64,000 bases of DNA from Saccostrea echinata (taxonomy: Eukaryota). The notes under the pieces were generated by a model that saw only the letters and a program-made list of their open reading frames with translations, searched no databases and was not told where the DNA came from. Positions 27,241-40,256 of the stretch are shown here, in pieces. Location: assembly GCF_033153115.1 (NCBI RefSeq), contig NW_026889758.1, positions 18,228,001 to 18,292,000 on the forward strand, written 5' to 3'. The position numbers and the translations under genes were made by a program. Position 1 is the first letter of the stretch, and the number at the start of each line of letters is the position of its first letter.

Positions 27241-28028
27241 AAAGAAAGGGAACTAAAAATGAGTGTAAGTTGGATTACCAATCAAAAAAATTTCTTCCAA
27301 AATGCACTTGTTATATTGACCTACAACAAATGTCAAGTTTGGGTAAGAAAAAAGAAACACTAATTCTTTTACTATGCTACTTTATTCATTTTTTTTTTTA
27401 CACAAAACAGTGATTATTCAAGATTTTAAAAAAATTCGATTTGAAGAAGTACACATGTAATATGAAGTCAATATAGGGACATAATAAAAGTGCCTATGAC
27501 CAAGATAATAAATGCTACAAATCGTTTTGAAATTGACAAGTGAAATGCCTGGAACACAATACATAAAATTCTTGAAATAAAAAAATTAAAAATAATAAAA
27601 TGAATAAAAAAATAATAAAACGCAATATGCTTTTATAATTCTTTTCTTCTCTATGAAAAATTAATTACTTTGTGCTTTGGGATCCATAAACATTAAATGT
27701 ATACTCAGTATATGAAATAAAATCCATAAAAATTGAACTGTGATAAGACAATAGAAATGTGTTCACACGGTATAAAATAGTCTAACTAGGATTATCTTCA
27801 CCAAACCAGCAGTTTTGAGCATTATTTTTATCAACAAACTTGAAAAATATGATACGTAAATTTCATTCACTCGCACAAGTATTGATTCGATCATGTAGTT
27901 CAACAGTGTTGAACACCGGTATGTGATTTTCAGTCAGGCGTCCATTTTCAACAATGATCTGAATTTCGTTAGCAGATTGATAAAATTCATTTCTCTTAGC
28001 ATTCACTCAATTTCCTGTTTGTTGATTT

Positions 28029-31000
28029 CTAAGAGTCTTTCTTCCCAGATGCCATCATTTTAACAAACTCTGAAAGAAACAAAATATCTTTAAATCAGCA
28101 TCTACACCCGAACATTGTAAACCTAGAAATGCTTCCAGATACCCTTCAGAAAATGATAAAAATATGTTGACAAATATTTTTTTTTAAACTTAGTAATAGC
28201 TGTAAGTCTAAATCTATATAAAAATGTGTCAGCTTGAACTTAAACCTACGGTGGCTGGTATAGGACATGGTATGTGTAAGTGTTTACAATCATATCAGTG
28301 TTAAACGTAAATGACTTACTTTTTATGTACTAAAATTACAAGCCCGTGGGAAGCAATTTCAATTAGGAGCACAACCAAACATTTCCAGTTTGGGGGACAC
28401 CACCAAGCAATAATTTATTGACAAGCGTATAAAAAAATAAATTAATTAAAATTAATAATAATAAAAATAAAGGTCATCAGACATTATTATTGAGGGGGCA
28501 CAAGTATGAAATAGCTCTGTTTTCTATAGTAATCTATATATCGCAAAATTAGGGGAGGGGGCAGTACTACTTAATGTCTACAATCATTTCAGTTAAACTT
28601 CTATGGCTTTTGATGTTTTAAAACAAAATTTTTTTTTAAAGATTTAGATTGACTTGCAAACTGTCCTTTAACCTCCATACTCTTAAAAGTTTTCAAACAT
28701 CAGTCATAATACATCTTTTTGACATCTAATGAATGTATTTAAGATAGACTTATTTTTAAGATGAATGTGCGTTTTTCATGCCTAATGAATGACGAATGGA
28801 TTTTCGTCTACAAAATATGAATTTGTCAAAAGAAGAATTGATCAATGAGGGTGCGTGGCCGTGAAATTTGATATAATTATGTATCCAGTAATGTTGCATA
28901 CCTATCAATATTTCAGTAGTGTCGTTCAATATTGCATGAAGGATCTATTGTTACTAATACAATGTGTCTCATTTTGTCTTAAATTACCTTCGTAGTTGAC
29001 CTGACCATCACCATCTAGATCCGCTTCTTTGATCATTTCATCAACTTCTTCGTCTGTGAGTCGTTCTCCGAGACTCTTCATCACGTGACGTAATTCGGAA
29101 GCGCTTATGAATCCATTACCGTCCTTATCGAACACTTTGAAGGCTTCCTTTAATTCTTCTGTAGTGTCTGTATCTCTCATCTTACGAGCCATCATTTGAA
29201 GAAATTCGTCAAAATCGATCGTTCCGCTTTCTGAAAGATAGTTATCAACAGAATGATGTTTTTTAAACATACCTTTTAGAAGTATTATCAAGAATACATC
29301 TTACTTTAATAAGATTTTAACCAATCTTTATAAACAGCTTTAGATGGTATTTAGACGTATATAGTTAATTTTATATCGATAAGATACGTTTGCTAGGCAT
29401 AGTGTGTACCTATAAAAGGTCTTTAAAGAAGATATTACATATTTCTTTAATCCATAAATGTTATACAATGCAGAAGAATAACACATCAGTCCAGAAAATA
29501 CTCAGTCTCCATTCGTAAGATGGTTAATGCTTAAAATGAGAGCATTGAGAGGTCATCTGGTTATCACTTATAGAATGCATTAATTTTATTAATACAGCAA
29601 ACTGAAGGGATAAAAAAAATAGTAGTAACTGTCTACTCACAGGGAGTTACACTTTTCAACATAGTGAATAAAGTGATGACAGTTTTTAAACCTTTATAGT
29701 TCTCTTATAATCGATCTCAAATTCCCAACTGAATGCTAGTTCCTTCAATGATCAATGAATACTAAAGGTTTAAATGTATTTCGAATGATTCGATCATCGG
29801 TATGAAATTTATACTTCTCCACTAATGACAATTATCAATTCTATATCATGGAATAAATGTATAAATAGTGGAAATCTAAGACTGCATTTGTTCGTACATG
29901 TATGGCATTAAGAAAGTGACAAATATGTTTTATCACTTTGACGTCTTTTTGTGTCAAAAAGGAACGAATCTGAGAAATTCTGACTTTGTCATTCGTGCAA
30001 TGAATGCAGTCCGATAACCATTTTTAAAAACAATGAACAAACAAATAGATGTGACAACCAGTAAGCCGAGACAGAAACAGGATCTCATTATACAATCCAA
30101 TGACAGGTCAGCGACATGAAGTGAATGACAACACGTACCGTCGTAGTCCACTTCGTTGATCATATCCTGGAGCTCGCTTTCGGTGGGATTTTGTCCGAGA
30201 CTGCGCATAACTGTACCCAGCTCTGTCGTTGTTATACTTCCGTCCCCATCCTTGTCAAACAAGTTGAAAGCTTCCCTGAATTCTAATAAAATTTTTAAAA
30301 AATGAAAACTTGTGTTACAGAAAACATATCTATTAGTTCATAAAGTTTGGTATAAATAATGACTATTTTCGGAAAATATTATCATTAATTAGGAAGTGGA
30401 TAGCTAGTGTTGATATCAATTTGATTTAATTATTTACGTTGATTTACTTTTTTAGTATGAGCATTGATATTTCACATACGTCAATCAATGATATTTGGGG
30501 TGGTTTCTTTAGATTTCTTTTCAAAAAATATTTTATCATTAAATGTATAAAATATCACGGACTCACTGAGCTCGAGAGTGGTACCTATCGATGTTAAGTG
30601 AGTACTGCTGAAAACAGTTGAAACTCACCTGCAACTTGTTCGTCAGATAGCTTGATTTGTTCTTTTTGTGCCTAAAAAGACATTTTCATGTAGTGTATTT
30701 TACAGTCATTCTAATAAAAAAAAAATACAGAAAGTGATACACGTTTCAATGTAAACAAGCTTATAAATGCATAATTTGCTGAAGGATAAATGAGTTCGCT
30801 TGTTTGTTAGGCGATTGTTAATAATGAGAATATTCCACTCATCAGCCTTAAATTTACCTTCACTAACTTTACGTTTTACCATCTTGAATCTACTGTAATC
30901 GGTATATGATACTTTTAGAAAATGTTTTTCCTAGACTTTGCACTTATATCGCAATAAAAAAAAGAGTAGATCAACTCATAATTGATTCAATGGGATCCCA

Positions 31001-31649
31001 AATAAACTTGGCTTAAAACTAGCTGAGAGCATTGTTCAATTATTCCCGATGTAAAAGAAAGGTGACTGTAGCTTTAATTCTGTTGGCCTTAAAAATCTGC
31101 TTTTTAAACTCTGCTTCATCGATTTCTATAAATCGTTTCAGTTGATCAAGCACGACTGGGCAAATAAGCTAGCTCTTCTATGTATGAAAGGAAAATGGTC
31201 ATTTTGTGAGATACTCAGTAATTCCAGTGAAATGAATAATATAAAATATATTGATGTTTTTTAAAAAGACAGTTAAGAAAAGAACCATGAGACCTGGGGT
31301 AAAGGGTATTGCTTAGGGATAACCTTAAATATAGTGTACAGAGAGTGTACCAGGAACGTGTTCGAGCATATTTCGAATTAATGTCTTCCAGCTGTGCCAA
31401 ATTCAATTATTGACGCCTCTGAAGCGTGAAAGTATGCAACTATTATTTGATATAACAATAACATATTATTGATTGTAAAAGAACAAAAGGATTGGCTATA
31501 TGTAATACCATGCCCATTGCTTTACCAATTATTAGTGAAATATACCTTCAGTTTCGGAACATCTAATATTAATGATAGCAAGTTGCGTTGATCGATTAAA
31601 GAGCGATCATAAATACAAAGAACTCCCTACAGGATATGTTTGTGGAGGG

Positions 31650-31700
<51 letters not shown>

Positions 31701-33119
31701 TGGTTTATTGAAAGCCGTGCGATGTATCAGTCACGTGACCAGAATGTCGGTCTGTTAATGCGAGTTTATTTTTTGAGCAAAGTCCCAATCAGACACAGTT
31801 GAGTACCAAATAGCGTGACGATAGAGCAACGTGATCGATAGTCTAAACGCTGATAAATGAGGGAAAAACATTAAATATGCAAGAGTTAAAAGAAAACGTG
31901 CCAATGCAAAATCATATGTTGTTATTGTATTTTCAAGTAGAGTTTATCGATTGTAATAATGCAATTATCTTGGCGTGCTAAAGTTTTCCCTCTTCTCGGC
32001 ATCAACCCATACCATTTACTTGTATGCCTTGCCGATAAAATCCTTAAATTATAGTAAAAGTATACCAGAATATGGGTATGCCTAAAAATATTATGATTAT
32101 GGACACTTTGCCTTATCTAAAACGCACTAAATGTATATGGTGTAAACAATATGAAAAAAACGTGATATATTAAAATTATTTGAAAACGAATAAGAAACTA
32201 AATAACTTTTTTTTAAGAAATCAAGAGAATATGTGTAGGAACACAAGTACACGCTTAACTATGATGTGCATTTGTCAGATTGTTGAAATTTTATTGAAAA
32301 TATGGATTTAATAACGGAGGACTGATTTTTAATGTCGAAAGTCTGAATTCCAGACCTTATTTATTTTAAATAAAGCATAGTAAAATAAACAGAAAAATCA
32401 TATTTCAAATTGATTTCAAATTCATTTCATATCCAATACTTTGTCCTTATTTAAAAGGAAATGTATCTCTTGAAATATAAAAGTCTATTAAACATAGCGT
32501 TAACTGTACTATTTTAAAACATTCCTCCGTTGATTGAATGATAGAGCACGCAATTAATAAAAAAAAATGTTATAATATGGAAAGGAAAACAGATATGAAA
32601 AGGAAACTATTCCATGCAATTAAAAAAAAAAACAATAGAATAGTGAGTAATTGATTAATGCTTGAAAAGGTGCATTTATCAAGGCTAAAGAAATGTGTCA
32701 ATGTCTCTAATTCTTGCAGCTGTTTCAAGCTCCACGGCGATAAAGTGATTAGGAGGTTATCATTCATCCTTGTAAGGATTTCTCCAAATCGATTTTGTTT
32801 TCAAATGTTTCTTACAAAAATTAACAAATTGGTTCCATTGCCGTTGTTTGTTCTGCTCACATATTTACAACCACAGAATCGATGTCGGTAACGTTAGATC
32901 CACGATCACTCGACTTCTTAAACACTTCTTTTATAGATTATCATAAGTACTACGTGTATATGTACCATTATGAACCTAAATGTATTTCAAGTACTTTGAA
33001 TTCGAAAACTTCTAGACTGCAGCCTCTCTTAATTAATTGTCAAGATTTCGTTCGAAAATCTTACAAAAAAGTTAATAATTTAAATAATAAATAAAAGTTC
33101 AATAAATTTTACTTACCAT
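28029..33119 (-). CDS. Calmodulin-like protein, paralogue 5 (closest to canonical calmodulin; four intact EF-hands)
   Basis: Exons: 33117-33119 (ATG|gtaagt; alternative ATG|gtaaaa at 30880-30882), 30629-30671, 30139-30282, 28988-29230, 28029-28069. Protein: [157 protein letters not shown]. The choice of start exon is uncertain. Confidence 0.9.
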
Positions 33120-33212
33120 TTTTTTATGTTCACTTGTTATTTGAAATATAAAGATTTTCTTTTTCTCCTTCTATTTGATGAGATAAGCTTCACCACGATT
33201 GCTCCGTTATTA

Positions 33213-33259
<47 letters not shown>

Positions 33260-33289
33260 GAATAGTATTGGGCCGCACTCTACGTCCCT

Positions 33290-33322
<33 letters not shown>

Positions 33323-33368
33323 GAACGCGGCTTAATTCATCGCCGAATATCGATCCTAGGTAGACCAA

Positions 33369-33408
<40 letters not shown>

Positions 33409-34360
33409 CAGATTTTTGCACAATTTTTTCATCAATATGCTTGACCAAATTACACAATTAATCGTTACATTCCACTAATGGACTGATTGTCATTATACTA
33501 ATCATCGTAAAATCAACAATTTAAACGATGTCTGTTTTATTGCCAAACATCGAGAATATTTGAAATTACTCATAGTCCATTATCTCGTCATGGAGCATAG
33601 TAAAACTGTGATAGCAAAGAGAAGTCTCACAATAATTCATGATTATGGCATTATGGCCAATCAATTAAATGTTTTAGTTTTAAATCATTTTGTTTTTATG
33701 TTTGTATCTATTTACAATGCTTTCGTTTCCGCTTTATCCTTGTTAACTTTTAACAGGTTGTGTATTTAGCCAAAGCTCGAGGATTAAAAAAAAACACGAT
33801 TAAAAAAACAATTCATAATTCATTCTTTTTATCACATGTTTAACACGTATTTTTTACACATTTTATACTTTTTTTTAACAAAAATATGAATCCAATTAAT
33901 TTGACTTTATCACTTTGACGCAAAAACCAAATGTGGATATGGATAACGATATCATATGACCGATATCCACTCTAGCAAACATGTGGTAAAACAACGCGAA
34001 ATTCTCAACGCTTTTTTAATAATTAAAATTGAATTCTTAATTGTTGTCACATGCGATACGAGGAGTCAAGTATGCTGGGTAGAAAGAAGCACCAATTTTA
34101 CAGTAGGAAAGAAATGAGTGAAATAATGTGTGAAAATCTGTGTCCCCTGGTTCTAACGCTATCTATCCCCCCAACTTCAGAAAATCGCTAATTCTGATTA
34201 TTTCAAGTATGATTTCGATCTGTGCAAGAAGGGGTATCTTATCAAATGGAATCGTTATATTAAAGTGAACAGAAATCCCTGCTTGAGAGGCTCGTCAAGG
34301 TTACTCAGCCACAGATGTTAAGAGAAGCATGTCGGACACTATTAACATATATAGTTTACA

Positions 34361-35724
34361 TATAGGGGTTATCAAAAAGTTCGTGGACTGCGCTCTAATT
34401 TCTAAAATTAAGACCGCTGTCTACAGAATGAACTACAAGTCATATGTTCATATAGATTAATTGTCAAATGTTTTATAAGCAGTGGTATGACCATGCGCGC
34501 AGTCTCAAAAGTATTCCTACCGTGATCTCAGGCATACAAATCTCTTGGGATGTAAGCATTTGTCAGCCAATAATCACGTAAATTGACTTGTGTGATGTGA
34601 CACAATTATTCCGTAAAATTTACAGTTTTTACTTAATTTTTACAGTTGTATGAGATCTTCTCGTAGATTCGACATAGAATGTTTAAAAAAAATAGGGGTT
34701 AAAATTGACGCCGGGTGAGGGAAGAAGGTGTCTTTTTTCTGAAATCTATAATTTCACTTTCAAAAATCTGGCATAGAAATGTTTAAACAGGCCAGAGAGA
34801 GAAAAATATGTCCAGATTACCTGTTTTGAAATGCTATAAAGATTCAGAGAAAGCAGAGAGACATTTAATTAAGGACCCTCTATACACTAATGAAAAATGT
34901 TTTTTAGACTTTGCCAAAATTATATAGTTTAAAGGAGGATATTTTGAAATTAACTAATTCATTTTATATATAGGGAGCCTGCCTTTTTTATCCAGGAAAA
35001 ATCTTCAAAGACAATGAAGTAATAATCTTGAAAAATTGATTTTGCTTTCTCAAATGGAGAAAATCCAAGCAAATAAAGTTTTCAACTACTCTATCTTGGT
35101 CTAATATAATGTGTAGAATACTTGAATTTATTTTAAATTATGTCATAGAATGCAGATTATAATTCATTTTTTGTGTGTGTCAAATTATGGGTCTGTCTAA
35201 TTACACAAAGGTACCCTAAAATTAGGGTGCAGTGTAGAGAGGGTCCTTAAGGACCCTCTATACACGAAAGGAAAATATTTCTTGGACATTGAGACATGCA
35301 ATTACATGTAAAGTGTGTAAAGGTGTAAATATCAAACTCATCTTGTACATTTTCAACATAGGGTACTTTGCATTTAACGCCAGGAAAAGTACTGATGAAC
35401 AGAAATCAATGTTGTTTACTTTTAAAAGTGGGCAAAATACCTGCATGACGGGCTGCAATTTTACTGCACGGGTATACAGAGCCAGTCATGTCGAAAAGTA
35501 ACGTTGTTTATGTGCTGTAGAACAAATCCAACAAGCTGTTGAAGTAATTTTTCTCTTTTGTATTAATCCCTTTACAATATTGTGTTTTGAAATCAGCTGT
35601 TTATGAAATTTTGAAGTGATATAAACAAGATAGAATTTAGTCAGTATTTAACACCAGGGTACCATGACAAGAAAAGTTCATTTAAACAGAGGAAGCAGAC
35701 ATTGAGAAGCAAAGACGTTGTCAA
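34361..35724 (+). mobile_element. Mariner-like non-autonomous element, copy 3 (interrupted by TTAA MITEs)
   Basis: Starts TATAGGGGTTATCAAAAAGTTCGTGGACT. Homology resumes near 35480 after the insertion. Confidence 0.6.
34873..35246. mobile_element. TTAA-targeting MITE (Kolobok/piggyBac-type)
   Basis: TTAA|GGACCCTCTATACACT ... AGTGTAGAGAGGGTCC|TTAA. Confidence 0.8.
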
Positions 35725-36204
35725 AAATAATTTACTATTAATAAAAATCATTTCTCGGTGACTACTTTTTCTGCAATGTGTAAAAAAAATTATTAAAGTT
35801 AAGGTACAATTAGTTTTGTTCATACTTTTTCAATAGCTTCCGTTACTTTTTCAGTTCCTGTTTCATTACAATATATTATAATGTTTCAAACTTAATTAAT
35901 AAAAAAATAACTTGCAATTGTCCATTTTAGTATGAGATGAATAATTATAGCTTTGATTAGTATGTATGATATTTTTTTTATGTTTAAATAGTTTTTTTTA
36001 ATTATGAAATTAAAGGAATAAATAAAAATATCAAAATTTTTTTTTCTTCCTATTCTTTCTGTAGATTCTCTTTCTCCAAATTCACAACTATAATATAGAC
36101 TATAGCAATTAATTAATTACCTTACCTGGTCAATTTCCCGTTTTGCACACATTTTTTTTTTTCAATACCTGAAATTTATATGAGTGCAAAACGGAAACAA
36201 ACCG

Positions 36205-36830
36205 TATAGTCAGCAACACTGAGCAACATCTGTCAAAGACATTGCTCCTAGTAGAGTCAGCGGTATTGAGCGACACTTCTCAAAAACAGTGCTTCTAGTT
36301 TTTATCCAGAATAGTGCTTCTGATTAAGTCAGTCAGCGGATTTGTCAAAGACATTGTTCCTCGTAAAGTCCAGGACATTTATATCCTAGGAAGTCCTTCT
36401 AGTAGAGTCAGCGGCAATAAGCGGTATTTGTTCAAGAGAGTGATTGTGATTAAGCCAGCAGCATTAAGCGACATTTCTTCAAGAAGATGCTTCTGGTAAC
36501 GCAAGGGGCATTGAGCAGGATTAGTTAAGGAATGTCTTATCTGGTAAAGTCAGCGGCACTGAGCGACATTTCTCCAATAGAGTGCTTTATGTAAAGAAAT
36601 CAGCACTGAGCGGTATTTGTTCACAGCAGTTTTACCGTGAAAGTTAGAAACAAGTGCCTCTTGTTTAGTAAGCGGCATTGAGCGTATTTCTCCGAGGCAA
36701 TTCAATTGTCCAAGAAAGCGCTCTTTGTAAGGAAGCGGTATTTGTTCACAGTAATTCTCAGAAGTCAGCAGAACTGCATTTGTTCAAAACAGTGTCTTTC
36801 AAAGTAGCATTTGCCAAAGACAGTGTCCAA
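36205..36830 (-). repeat. Degenerate array of the same 47-bp unit, in inverted orientation
   Basis: Repeated AGTGCTTCT(G/A)GTAAAGTCAGCGGCA(C/T)TGAGCGACATTT, the reverse complement of the 37615-38820 unit. Confidence 0.8.
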
Positions 36831-37077
36831 GACCCACTGCAAAGAAATAAGATAAATATATTAAAGGTTTCGTAGACAAGTTAGACTCAATGTAAAATTG
36901 CATATGAAGTTCAGTTCAAGTACTAAAACGTACTAAATATTATCATTCTACGTTGATATGGATGACAGACTTTATGTCAGACCACTGGTCAGTTAGGTAC
37001 TTAAAACTGTTAATTACACATTAACTTTATTTTTTTATGTACAAAATGATTTTTTTGGTTTGCCTTCTATGCATTTC

Positions 37078-37371
37078 AACAGTGGTTAGAGCGTCTGCTC
37101 TAGAGTCGCGAAGTAAGGAGTTGATCCTTACGTCGCGGGTTCGAATCCCACTGTGGGACGTGGAGACCGGTCCTTCGGATGAGACTGTATAAACCGAGGT
37201 CCCGTGTCGCATTAGGTGCTGGCACGAAAAAGATCCCTCACTGTTCAATGGCCGTAAGTGCCGAGTATAGGACAAAATTTGCAGCTCTCCACCGGCAAGT
37301 GGTGGCGTGTCTATATGAGTGAAAAATTCTCGAGAGGGACGTTAAACAAAATACAATCAATCAATCAATCT
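37078..37371 (+). mobile_element. tRNA-derived SINE with V-type central domain
   Basis: A box TGGTTAGAGCG, B box GGTTCGAATCC, core CCTTCGGATGAGAC..AAACCGAGGTCCC and a (CAAT)n tail. Confidence 0.82.
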
Positions 37372-37614
37372 ATACATTTCAAAGAAATTCTGTCAGCTGG
37401 AAAACAACACTTTTCACATAAACTTTATCATGTTTATTACAGATTCTTTCACTCCTGGTGCCAAAAACTGAATTGGTTATTCACTTGTCTATTTCTGAAG
37501 CCCTGCATGCTCTTATTTCAAGTTACTAGTATATGTTAAAATCACTTCAATGAATTCATTTTGAGATAAGTGAAAATTCTTAATCTGGATGGTGGGATAT
37601 GTGTAATTTGTGTT

Positions 37615-38820
37615 AAGTCGACTTTACTAGAAGTACTTTCCTTTAGAAATGTCGCTCAATACAGTTGAATTTACCAGAAGGACTTACTTTTAGAAATGTC
37701 GCTCAGTACAGTTGACTTTACCAGAAGCACTTTCTTTCAGAAATGTCGCTCAGTACAGTTAACTTTACCAAAAGGACTTACTTTTAGAAATGTCGCTCAG
37801 TACAGTTGACTTTTCCAGAAGCACTTTCTTTTACAAATGTCGCTCAATAGAGTTAACTTTACCAGAAGGACTTGCTTTTAGAAATGTCGCTCAGTACAGT
37901 TGACTTTTCTAGAAGCACTTTCTTTTATAAATGTCGCTCAGTACAATTAACTATACCAGAAGGACTTGCTTTTAGAAATGTCGCTCAGTACAGTTGACTT
38001 TACTAGAAGCACTTTCTCTTAGAAATGTCGCTCAGTACAATTAACTATACCATAAGGACTTGCTTTTAGAGATGTCGCTCAGTACAGTTGACTTTACTAG
38101 AAGCACTTTCTTTTAGAAATGTCGCTCAATACAGTTGACCTTACCAGTAGGAGTTACTTTTAAAGATGTTGCTCAAAACAGTTGACTTTACTAGAAGCAC
38201 TTTCTTTTGGTAATGTCACTCAGTATAGTTGACTTTACCATAGGCACTTTCTTTTGGAAATGTCACTCAATACAGTTGACTTTATTAGCAGCACTTTCTT
38301 TTAAAGATGTCGCTCAGCGCAGTTGACTTTACTAGAAGCACTTACTTTTAGAAATGTCGCTCAGTACAGTTGACTTTACTAGAAGCACTTTCTTTTGGTA
38401 ATGTCGCTCAGTATAGTTGACTTTACCATAGGCACTTACTTTTGGAAATGTCACTCAGTACAGTTGACTTTATTAGCAGCACTTTCTTTTAAAGATGTCG
38501 CTCAGCGCAGTTGACTTTACCAGAGACACTTTCTTTTGGAAATGTCGCTCAGTACAATTGACTCTACCAGAAGCACTTTCTTTTGGAAATGTTGCTCAAT
38601 GCAGTTGACTTTACCAGAGGCACTTTCTTTTAGAAATGTCGCTCAGTACTGTTGACTTAAGCAGAAGCCTGTCGTGAAGAAATGTCGCTAAATGTCGTTG
38701 ACTTTACCGGAAGAAATGTTGTTCAAAGCCGCTATTTTTTTTCTTGAAGAAATGTTGCTTAACGCTACTAACTTTGTCATATGCAAAATGTTGCTCAGTG
38801 CCGCTGATCTCACTAGAGAC
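37615..38820 (+). repeat. 47-bp minisatellite array (about 25 units)
   Basis: Consensus AGAAATGTCGCTCAGTACAGTTGACTTTACTAGAAGCACTTTCTTTT; period 47 (for example 37645 to 37692). Confidence 0.92.
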
Positions 38821-38825
38821 ACGGT

Positions 38826-40256
38826 GAAATATGTGGAGATAATGAACAGTATTCGAGCTCAAATATCTATTAAACATTACAAAATAGGAGCAGAGCGAAC
38901 ACAGACCTCTAAGACATCAGATGTGGGATCAGGTGCCATGGAGGAGTGAGCATCCGCTGCCGACAGGTCACACCCGCCGTGTGCTCCTTGTCATGATCGG
39001 GAAATAACGGAAAAATCCGTCGACAATTCAGTGTGTAAATTAATGGTCTAACAATTAGTATGAAAAAAGTCAGTCAGCATTTGACTTAATGAAAGATTGT
39101 ATATGTTGACAAGGTCATTGTATCGACTATAGAACTTACCAAATGATGACTTTAAACGAGACTGCTGATATTCTTGTTTCATCAACTTGTTTGTCAATAA
39201 CTTACCTCGTTTTAGAAATTGTTCATACGTAGAGCATGCTCTGGCGTATTGAATCAACTGAGAGATATAAACCCCATATGCAGGTGATAAGGGTATATTG
39301 CTGCATAAGTAAGGGAAGTTGACGATTGAAAAGTTGAAGTCATCACGTTAATAATAAAGCTTTGTTGTTAGATTACCATTAACGTCTTTTTCTAATAAAA
39401 TATCCAAATATGAAACAGATGTGTCAGACTCTGTGGTATCTTTTATCTCAAGTTCACCGGGATATATCGTATCGACATAAGAATGGAAATAACCATTGTT
39501 AATTGACAATACGATATATCTAAATGTTGAGTTGAAGGCCACAGCAAGTGTTTTCTTCTTTCACGTAAAAGATTTTGAACAAATTCTGCTTTATATGAAT
39601 ACAAAAATAGGTCTGCTAATAACGGGGTGCAATTGGTACCCATGAGAATTCCAATAGATTGTTGGTTGACCTGGTCTCCATAAACCACATAGATATTGTC
39701 AATCAGAAACTAAAGCATCTTTTTAATGTCAACTTCAGAGCACTTGTGTGTACAATCAGATTGTTTTTTAACAAAGTAATTTTGCAAATTACCAGTGACA
39801 AGGTAAGTAAATTTACGAGTTCCATTTTTATTGAAAAATCATATAATTTATCGTGGGGAATAGTTGTATATAAAGTTGAAAAGTCGTAAGTTTTTATGTT
39901 GTTGATTTTGGTACATTTTTGTGATTTCAAATGTTCCAAAAGTTCCTTGGAATTTTTTAGCATCCACATCTGATTTACACCACTTTTCGAATATATTATT
40001 GCACAGTACTCTTGAAGTTTCTCCTTCACTACTGTTAATATCTTAGTGAGGAGTAAAGAAAGAGGCTTGGTAGAACATTTACTGGAACCTGCTATGTATT
40101 TTTATTTGTAAGGATTTTTATGAAGTTTCGGAATCCAATATAGATATGAATTCGAATTCATTTTGGTTGTTGGCAATATTAAAAATATTCAAAACTGACA
40201 TATGATTTTGAAGAATTTCCTCCTTAGAAAGGGAGATGTTGGTATAAGTTGGATTC
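38826..40256 (-). mobile_element. Penelope-like retroelement, 5'-truncated, decayed RT (longest copy in the window)
   Basis: Frameshifted RT pieces: YWIPKLHKNPYK, KTYDFSTLYTTIPH, GILMGTNCTPLLADLFLYSY, FRYI, ELEIKDTTESDTSVSYLDILL, LIQYARACSTYEQFLKRG...FHTNC*, followed by the conserved 3' UTR. Confidence 0.85.

Noticed and set aside
37078-37160. tRNA genes (also about 42605-42710, 45580-45660, 55515-55608)
   Set aside because: A/B boxes are present but no proper cloverleaf. They continue into SINE bodies or are decayed heads.
37615-38820. CRISPR array
   Set aside because: The units are contiguous 47-bp repeats with no unique spacers. There are no cas genes and the context is eukaryotic.
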